DNA of 64,000 bases from Balanoglossus misakiensis (Eukaryota > Animalia > Hemichordata): NCBI GenBank assembly GCA_040954595.2, contig CM082579.2, positions 11,273,625 through 11,337,624 on the forward strand, in the 5' to 3' direction. The notes under the pieces were generated by a model. That model was not told the DNA's origin. It saw nothing but the letters and a program-made list of their open reading frames with translations, and made no database searches. Positions 1-13,215 of this stretch are shown in pieces. The translations under genes and the position numbers were made by a program. Each line of letters opens with the position of its first letter. Position 1 is the stretch's first letter.

Positions 1-1570
1 TCTAGCAACTTGGCATTTTATTATATACATGCACATGTCTCTTGTACTGTTCACCACTGCCTTGGGCCATCTTAGTAGCATTAATCTTGCATGACATAAT
101 AATAACAAAGCTTATCTAATCCAATTTGATCGGCCCCATAACGTCGCATTATTAGTGACATTTCTAGGTAAAGTGACTCTGTCTCAGACAACGCTTTCAA
201 TTTTTTCTTTGTATCACATTAAAATGCATATGTGCGTTACATATAGACGGTTGTACGTGCATATGCATGACGTCCGTAATAATTCGCTACAACCACTGTT
301 TGACTATATAACTAGGTATTGTCACTAAACTCAAATTTAAGTATTTCAACGTCATGAATATTCACAAGACGTGTTTTCCATAATTGCCATTAATCCGCTT
401 TTCTTGGGCGTTGATGTTATCATGTAACGTAGTGAGTGAATATATTGACCTTTACTAAACTTGTTATCTTCACGCTTCTGCACCAAGTTTGCTAGTTTGT
501 TGGAAGACTAACGTTTTGTATGTAAAAAAAGTACTGTAGTTTCGCGAGGTACTATCCGTTGTCGTGATATTTGGTTTTCCTTCCTGATTGGCGGCTGCAT
601 CTGTAATGTCCCTGTCTGTCACTGGTTTGCTTGAAACCTTGCTCAGTACTATTCCCTTAACCGCTAGTCTAATCAACGTGCGATTTAGATTCTGCCAAGG
701 AAAGCCTCTGCAGTTTTGGTCAGCACGGTTTGTATTATGATTAAAATGCAAATGTGCGTTACACAACCACTGTTTATATAAGCAAAAATATTTGCTTTAG
801 ACTACCTGAATGATATACCTAATCAACAACTCTAAACTTTCAACAGCCCCCGTGAATACGGCAAATTACAGTAGTCTCCAACAAACATTATTGTTCACCT
901 TCTTTTACAGAGGTATGAAGGTGTTTGCCTCCCCCATTTAACTGTGGGTTGCTTAACGAAACTAGTGTGTATAAATTGATTTTTTTCCGGAACGGACCAA
1001 CAAAATCGGCGTCGCTAATACACGGATATCGTTCTATAAGGCAGTCTACAGTGGATACATTGCATACAATTGCTGTTTTTCAATTAAACAATGAAATATG
1101 TATTTTCTTACAATCAAGTTTCTTTGAGAATCGTTAATTCAGGTAAAAAGAGCAATGTTTCCAAGAACAGCGCCACCAAACGTAATGAAAAATAGAAACA
1201 TGATTAACAGCAAACATGTCAACCAAATCCGATGGGACTTGGCAGCAATATGGCGGTACTGTGTGTAACATCCAGCGATCGCAACATTCAATCTTTCTTG
1301 ATATATTTCAACGACGTTTGTATTTAGCTGGACAAGTTTTATGACTCAGTGCATGAGAGATGTGCAAATATTTCAAAAATTATTACAATACAAAGAGTTT
1401 GGTTTCAATGACATGCAAATCATTAGCGGATTTACATTTAAATAATTATTTGGCAATTAAATCATATCACCAGAATTTCTTAGACCAAATGTGATGCCCT
1501 TTAAAAGTGTGTAATTATATCCACCTGGAGGCGTGGCAGAAAAACTGGCGTCATGACTGAAATAACTTAC

Positions 1571-1608
1571 ACAAACAAACAAACAGACAAACAGACAGAC
1601 AGACAGAC
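1571..1608 (+). repeat. (ACAA/ACAG)n microsatellite, probably the 3' part of a non-autonomous interspersed element
   Basis: acaaacaaacaaacagacaaacagacagacagacagac. Similar RACA/ACAG tails are known in pearl/HINE-like elements of marine invertebrates; that link is inference. Confidence 0.6.
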
Positions 1609-4600
1609 TCAGTATGACAGTAGATCCGTTGTGTGAACATGAGACCTAAAAGAACAATTACAGTGCAATTAACCAGCAACACTTACACGTCGTATCTGAC
1701 CTCATATAGCAAGTGAGTCAATTAAAAAGGACGGAAACGTTAATTGGCATTGTTTTTCGATCGTAAGCCAAACGCGAAAAACCATGGTCGGATTTCTTTT
1801 ACGGAGACTTGCCTTTTATAAAAGTGGGGGTTTCGTGTAATTTGAGAATTTTTCCTGTGCGTTTGTTACATTTCACAATCAGTATATATTGCTGGTTTTG
1901 CTAGTGGAATTTTAGGACTGTTTTTCTACTGTCGTGGTAAAGCAATAGACGTAAAAATGACCGTACAAATCAATTCCGCCATCTATATTTCAATCACCTG
2001 ATCGGAAACAGTCAAAGAAATCATAGAAGATTGGCGCAAACTTTTCATTGACAAGAAAATGACGCTTCTGGAGTGTAATCTCTCGAATTTCCGCCCCGAT
2101 GAGCTGACCTCGATTGGAGTTATTTGCCGAGCTACTGATGAACGGAAAACCAGTCTTGCATGATCTTTGTACTTTTGCTGCGAGGGATATCTTTCAGTTA
2201 CATACCTGTATATCTCCCATCAAATGGAGTAATGTTTGTTCGACTATTTCAGCCTAGTAAACTTGTAATTTAAGCAATCGCAGTAAAATTGACAGATCGC
2301 GAAAGATGCACTGCTAATATTTCAAAATTGGAACCACTCAACGCCCTACAATGTACAGGTTTACACTATCTTGGATGCATGTGCAATTTGTCTTAAACAT
2401 CTACAATTCGTCGGAAACATAGGTAATCATTATAACATACTCTACATAAAAGTCACAATTAAAGGATTTAGTGCCAGTTATTCAAATGTTTCCATGGGTG
2501 CTATCCTTTTGCCATGCAGGAATTAGTTTGATATTTTCAGTGCAATACTGATTCATACATATTTTATGTGAGAATAGAATATTGTACAAATAGAAACACT
2601 CTAAATTAAATAGCTTTGTATTCCTTTACGTTTTTCGCTTGGCGTTGACCAAATTGTACTTTCTTCCTTGGTGTGTTTTAATTTTTTTCCAATGGCTAGT
2701 CCACAGTCATCCAAGCATGTACCTGTCATTCGCAATCTCCGATTTCAATACTCGTTAATGGCATCATTTATGTGATTCTCATGATATTGTTGCTTCCATA
2801 AAGGAAAACTAGAAATCTAAACACAGAAGTATTAAATGTGTCTTTATTTTTGTGTCCTCGATTTCCCGGATATCGAATGACCATTCCCTCTCTCCTCTTG
2901 GCGTTGATTAGTTTACATGTTTTATCAGGTTTCCCAATTTCCCTACTCTTCTGTCCTATAGACCAGATAACATCAAATATAGCAAACTGGCGGGTACTAA
3001 GAACAATATATTTGTCATGAATGGGAAATGTAGATATAAACATGAAGAGAATCGAACAAAATGCGTTAAGGTCAACAGACACTAACGCATGTTGTTGGCA
3101 CAAACAAACATGAATGCAAGCTGCTCACCACTTCTTTGACAGACGATGAAGGTCGAGGTCCGACACGCACACCTTAGTCCTGTGTTCCGTGTCATTACAG
3201 AAGACTTTACAAAATCATGATAATAAAGGTAAAAACGATAGGTTAATGATATTGCTATGCGTAATTGGTTCCGAATATCACGAATGATCCATAAGTCATG
3301 TAACCGAATAACAACGATAGTATAAATCTAAAAGTTCACCATATATGATTTCGTGTTTAATTGACTTATTTTCATCATTAGATGCTTAGTAGGAATATAA
3401 TATAGACAAGAAAAATTGCGAAATTTTTATATGTCACTTGTAAATACTTCAATTATTACTGGAATTTTGAAAGGAACGGAAAATAATAAGATCCTAGTCC
3501 AATTAGCATAAACGTCAAATATATACGTATCATTAGAGGTATTTCACTGACGTAGTATGATGAGAATCACAGAGAGTTTGGTTATTATATTTTAAGTATT
3601 GTTTAGGTGTTCTGTATGTATGTCGAAAACATGGTTCAATTTCTCTATAGAGTTTCAGTAATAGTCATGATTGAAATATGTCGACAGTAAGGACATTTCA
3701 GCCTGAAACAAAATGGACAGTGGACATACATTATGAAAAAAACGTATAGAACATATAATTGGATTATGTTGTCTTTAAACCATACGCAGAAGATGAATAT
3801 GTCTTTTTTTCATGACATGCTGTGCGAAAGGGGAATGTTTCATCTCTTCCAAGATGTTGGTCAATCGATAGTTTTCACTTGGGATCCAAGTTTGAAACAC
3901 TGAAGACATAGTTTAGGTTCTAATCAAGCTCTCATATCAGTCAACCAACCGCCATCTTGTCCGCGTTCTGATAGTGCAGTTCTGTTTTGCTCAGTGTGTT
4001 TATTTTCATTGGTGGTGTACAGGTGGTTTGCGACCAATCACCAATTTATCAATTTTAGCAGAGATGTTCTTGATCCATTTACAGCGGGTCTACATAATTT
4101 ACTGAACAACCCCATGAATTCCAAGGAAATGGCAATTATTAAATAATATTAAATGGTGCGAGAAAATCTCTTTTGTTTTTAGGTATGCCAGCTATTGACG
4201 ATCACTGAAATGCGGTGCACATAACTGGCATTACATCAGGGTCAACAAGTTTAGAAAAACATATAAATGAAGATTTACGCCTATAAAAGTATGTCGAGGC
4301 AAACAAGAGAACTGACATTGTCGTGAGAGCCTAAACGTGGGAGATCAAAATTTGCTCGTGTTGATTATATTATAAAACCGGTTGGGTCTCACAAAATTGG
4401 TGCACCTCTTTCCCCATATATATTTTAATGAACTTACATCATGTGTAGATTAAGGCCTGTCGTTTGAATAACAGAGTAATACAAAAGGTTGAATATTTGT
4501 GATGCTTTGGTGAACACGTCTTGATCATTTGTTTTATCTCTGGGGGTGACGATGTCATAACCTGACTTTCGTCTGGTGAAAACAAAGTAAAGAACTTCCT

Positions 4601-6958
4601 TCTGTATATGTATGTAATTGGCCAAACGAAATGTATCCATAATTATTTCAGGAGAAGCTAGAAAAACGGCTATTTGAAATGCCGAACAAATAATCAAGAT
4701 TTTAACATATGTCTTCGCTTGTAGAATAAATCTGCGTGTGTTTCTTTGTATGACTCTGGATCAGAAGATTCATTCCTATTCAGCTATTATCAATAAGCAG
4801 GCGAAAAATTAAGATGAGCGCCTGTTCTAAAACGTATCTTCAAGACAATGTTCGAATATGGGAAATGGCGCCAATTAACTTTCTAAAAATTACGGTTACA
4901 TACAGGAGGAGCTCACGTTATACTTGGATATGCCAGACAACGCTCGTTTGGGGAATTGATAATTACCGAACATGACGTCACTATGCTAATAAGGAGTCGA
5001 CTGCGTATTCTGTTGACTTGTCTTGTTGGTTGGTCTATAACGTCTCTTTATTGAGATCTAATGTTTCCAATTACTCCGATTTCCGGTCGATGAACAGCCA
5101 ATCAAAAGTTAAAATTTGCTGAGCACAGCCAAGAGATTGAAATGTTTGCAGAACGAAGAATTAGTCGCTGAAATGCTGACTTGTTAAAAGCTTCGAGAAA
5201 ACTGTGCAAATAGTTGGCGGTCGTGATGTATATTCTGTCTCGAATAAACATCGGTTATCTCGATTTTCGCTACTAGCATACCTACAAGACTCGCCTGACG
5301 TTATACCTGAATGACGCTATATGCTGTGTGTAGTGTATTCATTTCCCATTTCCAATTTTCGCTAGGTTGATCGCGTAAAAAATTAAACCAATTTATCTAA
5401 GGTACGATTAAGTCCGTCATCATGACAAAAATAAACCAAATGTGATCACGATGTTCTGGAAAATGACCCTTCCATAATCCCTGTAGTCGATTCACAGTTC
5501 AACATTTTTTACACAAATGATCTTGACAATGTGAGATTGAGAACTTCCTTCATGGGGTTTGCATGATAGGAGTGGTGTATCCACGGCTACAGAGAATAAA
5601 GGTAGACATCTGCTCAAATACACACCATCGTTACACATCTGTGTCAACGGAGCGAAGCTGGGTGATACCTATCGAATTCATCTTCAAATCAGCTGAGTAC
5701 CCTATTAAAAACAACGTTGTCTAAATGTCAACACGTGGAAGATTTTACAACCAATAGCATCTGTGCCAGCTGAACAACAACTGCGTCACTTCAATTTTGC
5801 GTCCTTTTAGCAGAAACCCGTTGCGCGACCCGTGTTTTAACAATACAGATAAAATTTAAAATGAAGCTGTAAACCAAATAAATGTAAAGACAAGACTTCG
5901 TATTCGACATCCTTCATGGTGTCAGATCTACATCCTGAATAAATTAAACCTGTAGACCTCATTAGCTATAACTTGAAGTGAAGATGTATTCATTGATTTG
6001 GGTTTGAAGCATTGCGTGTGTACGATGTTCTCACGTCTTTATTTTGCGGTCGACTGGTTGTAAAAACGGCGTTTGAATGCTGTCAAAGACACAGCCTCAA
6101 TAAAACGTGCCACACGTCCATTTCCATCCAATTGAACGCCCTGTATTGATATCGCTCTCACATTTCTTTGAGGATTTAGTTTTTTTCGTATCCGAAACAG
6201 CTGTTTGATTCTAAAATTATTTTAAGACACAGCAACAGGGTATCCACCGTGACGGCGGACTCTGTTTATTCGTATACTGTGAGTATACGTAATGACAAAT
6301 ATATTTGCATTGTTAACATTGCTGATATACTAGTGCGGTTTCTTAATCTTAAAACCGAAACAAACAAAAGGTTGATGCATTTTGATGAAACAAATAATTT
6401 AGTATTGGCAGTTTTGAGGGCATCAGAAGGAATGGTTTATGGTAGAGAATCCAACCACGGCACTGTGAATAGACATTTATCGATAGCAAAATATGTAAAT
6501 GACTGAAAATTGGGGAGCTTCTGGGAGACGCGCAAAACGAATAATTTTCACGTCATTACAAAGAAGTTTCATTGTTGTATACGATATAATCAGCTATAAT
6601 GTGGAACTGTAATGCGAATTTCATGTCCAATTATATCGCATAATTTATTCGGAAAAAAAGCATTGAAACATTCATAATTTGGTACAATATATTAATGATA
6701 ATAATAATGTACATCCTCATCAAACCTTATTTTCAAGCAGCCGAAAACCATCCCCCAAATTAGTGCGTCTCGCTTTCACAACTTAATGTATTTTCTTCGT
6801 TTTATTTAATTTAAAATACGAAATTTCAAACATAGGTCGTGATCAACTTATAGCAGTTACAACAATGTACGTCAAGTCACTGCAGTCGGTGACACATAGA
6901 TGAGATCGAGCTGAAAATGTCACTTTGTCGAAGCCAAGTTTCTTTTCACAGGGCACAA

Positions 6959-7048
6959 CCGGAAGTATTATTCTATTTGCCAAATTGTGAGATCTTTTCT
7001 CAGGTAACAATCTTTCAATATAGAAAATTAGAAGACCTCCGGAAGTGA
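6959..7048 (+). promoter_or_regulatory. Pair of ETS-type CCGGAAGT sites upstream of the peptide-precursor gene
   Basis: CCGGAAGT at 6959-6966 and CCGGAAGTGA at 7039-7048, ~400-480 bp upstream of the start ATG at 7442. A TATA-like TTTAAA lies at 7298-7303. Function is inferred from motif only. Confidence 0.35.
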
Positions 7049-7441
7049 CATCATTTTTGCTATTAATAGAATGTGAGGAGGCGCTTCTCACACACCCGAT
7101 CAGCATGATCATCTGTTACCTTAACAACGTCACTTCGTCATCTTTATCTACAAGTGTGTACCGTCGTATTTGCTCATATCGCAAAGTGGGTGTTATTCCC
7201 AATCCTCCATTCGCTGGGCGTTGTTGGCTGAACACATGCAGCGCCTACAAGATTGATTGACGAGTTTCCCTCCAAAGCATGTCAGCCGCCTCCATACTTT
7301 AAATCAGCTTGTCCTTTATAGTACTTTAGGCTCTTCACACGAGACACAAAGTTAGCTTGACTCCAGACAGACAGAGAACAGGAGCTGGTTTGCATTTTGT
7401 GCGAAAGAAGTCTATGTTCTACCTCTCTGAGTCTAGCAGAC

Positions 7442-7528
7442 ATGCTCCTGTTACCAGTGTTAGTTAGTGTTCTGGCGATCTGTTCGACTATAGCGACAAA
7501 CAAGAACGGCGATAACATACCGAGTGAG
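7442..7528 (+). CDS. Coding exon 1 (signal peptide) of the multi-copy KxFFGxP neuropeptide-like precursor
   Basis: ATG CTC CTG...AGT GAG translates to MLLLPVLVSVLAICSTIA|TNKNGDNIPSE (29 codons): hydrophobic core with a T-I-A signal peptidase site. It ends in a perfect donor GAG|GTAAGT in phase 0, matching the phase-0 acceptor at 32323. Too short for the ORF track. Confidence 0.8.
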
Positions 7529-10500
7529 GTAAGTCTATTTTAGATCGTTTCATTCGCATTTGATTCGCATCCAACCAATGCTGTGATGTGCTAATATCGC
7601 CTTTTGAAACACTTCTGCCTTGAGCAATCTACAGTTCGAGAGCTGCTCGGTTCACACAGTTTGCGGCAATGAGAATACCCTGGGTCGTTATTTCTGAGCT
7701 ATTCATGAACAACACACAAATTGATGGTAATATTGGAAGACCATGATATGGTATGAAAATCAGAAGCGCAATTATTTTAACAGTCTCTCGTGTAGTTGGG
7801 CAAAATTACACAACATGTCAAATTTTGAAATGTGAAGTTTTTTTTTGTAAATTGCAAATGGAAACATCATAGCCAATTTTTTGCGAATTTCTACATCCTA
7901 ACCATATCTTTTCATTGACGATAACGTAAGGAAACACCGGAGGTTAGGCCTATGCTAACAGTACGGAGGGAAAACGGTTACTTCGTTAAAAGAAAACTTT
8001 CGACTTCATTAATCCGTCTACATTTTCTTATGTGGTTTTTTGGTTGTCAGGAGATATCTTGGCGGTACCTGAGTAGTTCTCACGATTCCGTTTTATTTTC
8101 GGTCATTTCTGAGCGGCTAGTATACCTTTGAGTGACTAAATTGCCGGTTCCTCAGATTTCATGCATAGACTACAAAGAATTGACCGGCCTTTTTGAACGT
8201 TGCGCCAATTCAACATACAAGTTGTCTTCTGCTGGTTGGTTGGTTAATTCCATCAAAATTGAAATCGTGATAAATGATACAGCCACCACATTGACTAATG
8301 ACACCATCGCTTCAATTTTCCGACTGATCATGCGAGAGAATTTGGAATTCCGATAAATTATCAGGAATGGATTATTCCAGCTCAGAGATTCTCTCCAAAA
8401 AGTTAGATAAATGCATCGGTCCAGAAGTAGTCCCGCTGTTAATGACTTGAGGGTAGAAGCGGAGAGGCAGCACTTGATATTATCGACAGTGCACTGCTTA
8501 ATTGAACATCTATACCGCGGCAAAATTGGTGTGCAGAAAAATAAATGTTCCCGGGCTACATGAGAAAGAATTTCATTCTTTTATTGTCCGACACACAGCT
8601 CTCCGTGAAAATAAAGTACTCATTTTTTGAATTTAATTTTTTTTGAGAATTTCGTGCTACGCGCAAACAGCGCCTGACATCTGCTGTTATATTCATAACT
8701 TTGCATAATATTAGCATAATAAAAAGAAGACGTTCCAACACTGACTATCGCCTAAACGGAGTGCATGTATGAAATTGTAGTACTTGCAATCATCAAATGG
8801 ACCACTTAACAGATAAAAGACGCACAACATGAGTCTTTTTGTTCATTGAAATAATGTCTCACATTTCCACTTCCCAAGTTGTTCAGGTGTTCGACGCTGC
8901 TTTTCTTCCAACTGTCAGCTCATAAGCGCATTAAGTTCACGATTTACTTTTTGCTCGTCCATTCCAAATATATCGGCTTGTTGTCAGATTTCCACGAGTA
9001 TCCTCGGAACACACTAAATCATCTTAGGTTGGGGCACTCCGTTCTGGCGATTAACATTGATCAATTATCTTATCCTGTTCAGCGGCATTTTTATACGACA
9101 ATGTCTTTTGAAACTAGCACATTTGGCGTAACGACAGACAGAACTTAGAAGCAACTTACTAAAGGATTTTCGCACAGTTGGCAGTGCACTTTACAACTAT
9201 ACCATCTTTCACATTTCTCCCGATAGTTTTCAAGCCCATCAACCGAGATGTTCAGCCTAATTTCCGTAATATTTAGCAACTGATACTAATTTTACGATTC
9301 TTTCTGTTGCTATTACAACGCTGACGATAACTTTATGTTTCAAATTTATTTGTGTAACCTAATTTTGTGGCAAGAAATCTTTGAATCGACATTTTAGTAG
9401 TAATACATGCAGTGTTTAAAAGCATTGGTCAGCGATATTTTCACCGTGAAGTTAATTTTCACTTATTTGCTGTAAACTCGCACCAATGGAAACATTGCAC
9501 AGACGTCAATAATAATACCTGATACACGTCAATAGTTACACGTATATCACATCTATCATAATTTACAAGTTCAGTTTTCATTAAATACATGTACCTCTTG
9601 TACTCTTCCCTCTAATCGAACTTTATTCCATCGGAACTATGTTACAACGAAACAAATTTGAAGAAGAAACGATGTGATAAGATGATAAGAATAGCAAACA
9701 TGTGACTGCAGAAATGCCTCCCAGAAATTTGAAGTTCTTTTGCTCTATGGCGTCTTAAGATTTCTTAATTTCATTGTGTGAGAGCGATTGAATAGCTTAC
9801 ATTTTAGCACATCGTAGTAACAGGGCTGTTTTCTGCTTTCTTTTGAGATAACACGTGGCATCTCAATATACTTCTCAACAAAGATTAACACTCACATGAA
9901 CTACCGCGGTAGTACTTTTGACACTTACCAGTATAACGTGGCAGAAAATGTTATGAATTCTGAGGTACGGTTGTGAAAAATTTACTCATGTAAAATGGTT
10001 TTACTGATGCATGGGCTTATCAGGAGTCAGTAAATGGAGAATTCTTTTAACTTTCTTTAAACAGAGATGTTTAATTTCGATACAGGAATGGCAATCTGAG
10101 ATTAGAGGCAGCTCAAAATTAAGTAGCCATTGTATGTTTAAAGTAAGTTTATTTGCGAGAAGTATCTAGAATGTATCCGTGATACTGTTTACAGATTTGA
10201 ATTGTCTCGTTTAAGATTATCATCACATAATTTGAATATTGAACAGAGAAGAAGCATGGCATTCCTCGTGAACAAAGCTATGTTCATTTCAATCTTGTGA
10301 TTCTGTAGAAGATGGGTTTCATTTTTTGTCTGTATGTCCACTTTACCATGACATCAATTAAATCACATTAGCTGTAATGACGTCAGTATCGAGTAACGTA
10401 TTAATGTAATCTTATCCGGCACGTTTGATGCCCGTCGCTCAAACATTTACTTGCTTTAGCTTAGCTCTAAAATTCTTAATAAAACAGGGACACATGAAAT

Positions 10501-13074
10501 TACAATTTAAAAGACTCCGAAGACGGTGCATTTCAAATATATCAAGCTTATGGTCATTCATCAAGAATTTGCGTATGCATCTGAACTAGATATAAACAGA
10601 TAAATATTAGTTTTCGCTTGTAATTCCTATAATTATAGTTTTAGGAAACTATGGCGACGCTACTTGACGGATTGTTTAAAAAGTCCGAGTGAAATTAAAT
10701 GCAGTGAAAGTAAATGTCAATAGATTTTCATAAGGTTTAATTTTCCTCACGTAGCAGCATATTCTCTTCAAACAATTCGAAATCTAGCAATAGATTGCCA
10801 AAAGTTAATGAGCTGCTTATCAATGGAGTTTAACTATTTTACCAGTAATCGTCGTTCTCGATCGGAGAGGTACAGCGTAAGATTTAGTAACTACGGTTTG
10901 ACAGAGAAAATATTCTACACCAGTTGCATTGTCTCGCATGTATACACAGTCATGTAATGCGGCTATTGAGAAGACAATGTCTCCCGCATCGACACCGGAG
11001 TATTATATTAACAACAGCAGGGCAACATATCCGTATCGTTCGTTGAACATGCAATCCTGTGTTATTAATCACGCGTCTGGTACCATTCTTCAAAGCATGT
11101 TTCAAATTCAGTAACAGATTGGTGGACTTTTATTAACTAATTTAATTTCATGAAGGCGGAACTACACAAATAGAGCAATAATATATCATTGTTGGGCATG
11201 TATAGAATTTGCCGGAGCCAAATTAGGTTCACCAGTGTTAATATCACTAGCTTGGCATGGCTACTTGTAATGCCAGGATATAAACACTATAGTGTGAGCG
11301 TTTTGTGACGAACATACACGCTACATATTACTTTCATCGGGAGAAAATCGATAGCTGTATTATACAATACATGCAGTGTGATGGAGAAGAAAAAGCAAGT
11401 GATAATGGCAACATTGTTTTCACTTTTAATAACGTTTCTGGGTACTTCTTAAGCGGGTGACATATTACGGAACTCGTTGGTAAGAACTATATGACAAAAA
11501 TCTCGCATGGATGAGCCGCAAGTGATATTTTATAAGTGCAATGCAAAATCTTTTCATTGATCGTTGTAACCACATCAGTGTCCCAATGGACTTCACAGGA
11601 GTTTCAATGCTAAAATGCGGTCCTCATCAGATATATACATTGCAGATTAGCCCAATAAATATTTTGTTGTGATAACTTAGTAGTTGTTCCTTAGATATAG
11701 GATGTAGTTTATAGACATTGTGTCACTTTGCTGCATTTTTGCATAACGAATGTGTATTTGTACATAGCCCATTTAGGATTGTGGTCGATCTCTCTTCTGG
11801 TCACTCTAGAAATGTTCCCAGCAGAAGAACAATCACAAATCACGAGAAAAGATAAAATCATCATATGTAAACGAAGTCTGATAACAGATCAATGTCTTTC
11901 TTTGTAATATATACAGTATACACGTTATTAAAATGGGAACACGTGATGGAGAATCGTGGGAGATATTTAACCTGGCAAGAATATTGCGTTAGTATTCTTG
12001 AATGACATTTTCATTCGGTCCAATTACCGCCTGAAGGTGATGCTGCATGTCACATGTCACGATTCGTTTTAAGCCATATTTCTCATCAAAAAGACAATGT
12101 AGCAACCTCCTCCACAAACCATACATTTTCATAATACTGAGTATCACACTTCATGTAGTTAGTTTACTTTAAAGCAGAAATAAAATTCACGTTAATAAAA
12201 TAAAACAAAAAAGCAAATTTGGTTTATTTTTATTACCACGACAAAAAATTAACTTCAAGAGTTCATTTGCCATCAACAAGTTAATTATCATTCGGAATGA
12301 GATATACGTACGTGAAAAAATGCGAATTTTTAGTTTTTCAGGACATTCTCTTATTCTAGGTTTTTAAATGATGAAAATCACATCAAGCTCACGTTAATTG
12401 TTTATCCCCGCTATGAGTACTTTGTCGACAAACGGAATAGTGAAAATTTGAGATAATTTGGCTAATGCTAAGCCAGATAATATTCATGTATATTTTTCGA
12501 AAAAAAAGTTAGGAATAAACCAAGCTGTATGCTAATTTACGTAACGAAGAACCGATAACGGTGTCATACGGACATGTTTACATTGTAAACATATGCTCTC
12601 TCCAGGTAGAATTGTATACGTCTCAATTATAAGATATGTACAAGTACAGAGACTATAGGCAGATTTCAACAAAGTTTGGTGCAGTAATTCCTGACATACA
12701 TACCCCAGTCAGTTGTCTTACTTCAGTCATACCTTTTAAAGTCTAGATGAGTATCTTCACCACGGTTTATGAAAATGAGTCCAGTAACTCTGATTTTTAC
12801 CACGAACTGTAGGTCTCTCTGAGGTCAATATATACAACTCGTTTGATCAAATACAGTGCATTAACTCTGGATATATATCGATCGATAATTGCAAATGTTC
12901 ATTAAATATGCAAATGAGACGTTAGTTTACATGAAACACACAGCTCCATTAAATTATTAGATCGGGTTTCAAATTAGGTTGAAGCCGATGGTTGTGGTTT
13001 CTGCAAATCTTCTGTCCATCCCCGTCGGGCCTCACAGTTGAATTCCCAATCAGTAAGGCTAAATCCACGCATAA

Positions 13075-13215
13075 AGTCAGTCACAGACAGTAATCTTCAA
13101 ATGATTGGACAAAAGGTTAGAGTCAGCGGGTAAGAGTTCTATTGTACGGGTAATCAGCCCTGCCTTGGCTATAGTTTTACATCCAATCATTTGTGGAAAT
13201 CTATTGTGATTGACT
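13075..13215. mobile_element. Degenerate palindromic MITE-like element in the precursor intron
   Basis: Left arm agtcagtcaca...caaatgattggacaaaaggttagagtcagcggg pairs imperfectly with the reverse complement of ccctgccttggctatagttttacatccaatcatttg...tgtgattgact. Confidence 0.5.

Noticed and set aside
2001-2163. Short protein-like open stretch (SETVKEIIEDWRKLF...)
   Set aside because: No start or splice signals and no recognisable domain; cannot be supported.
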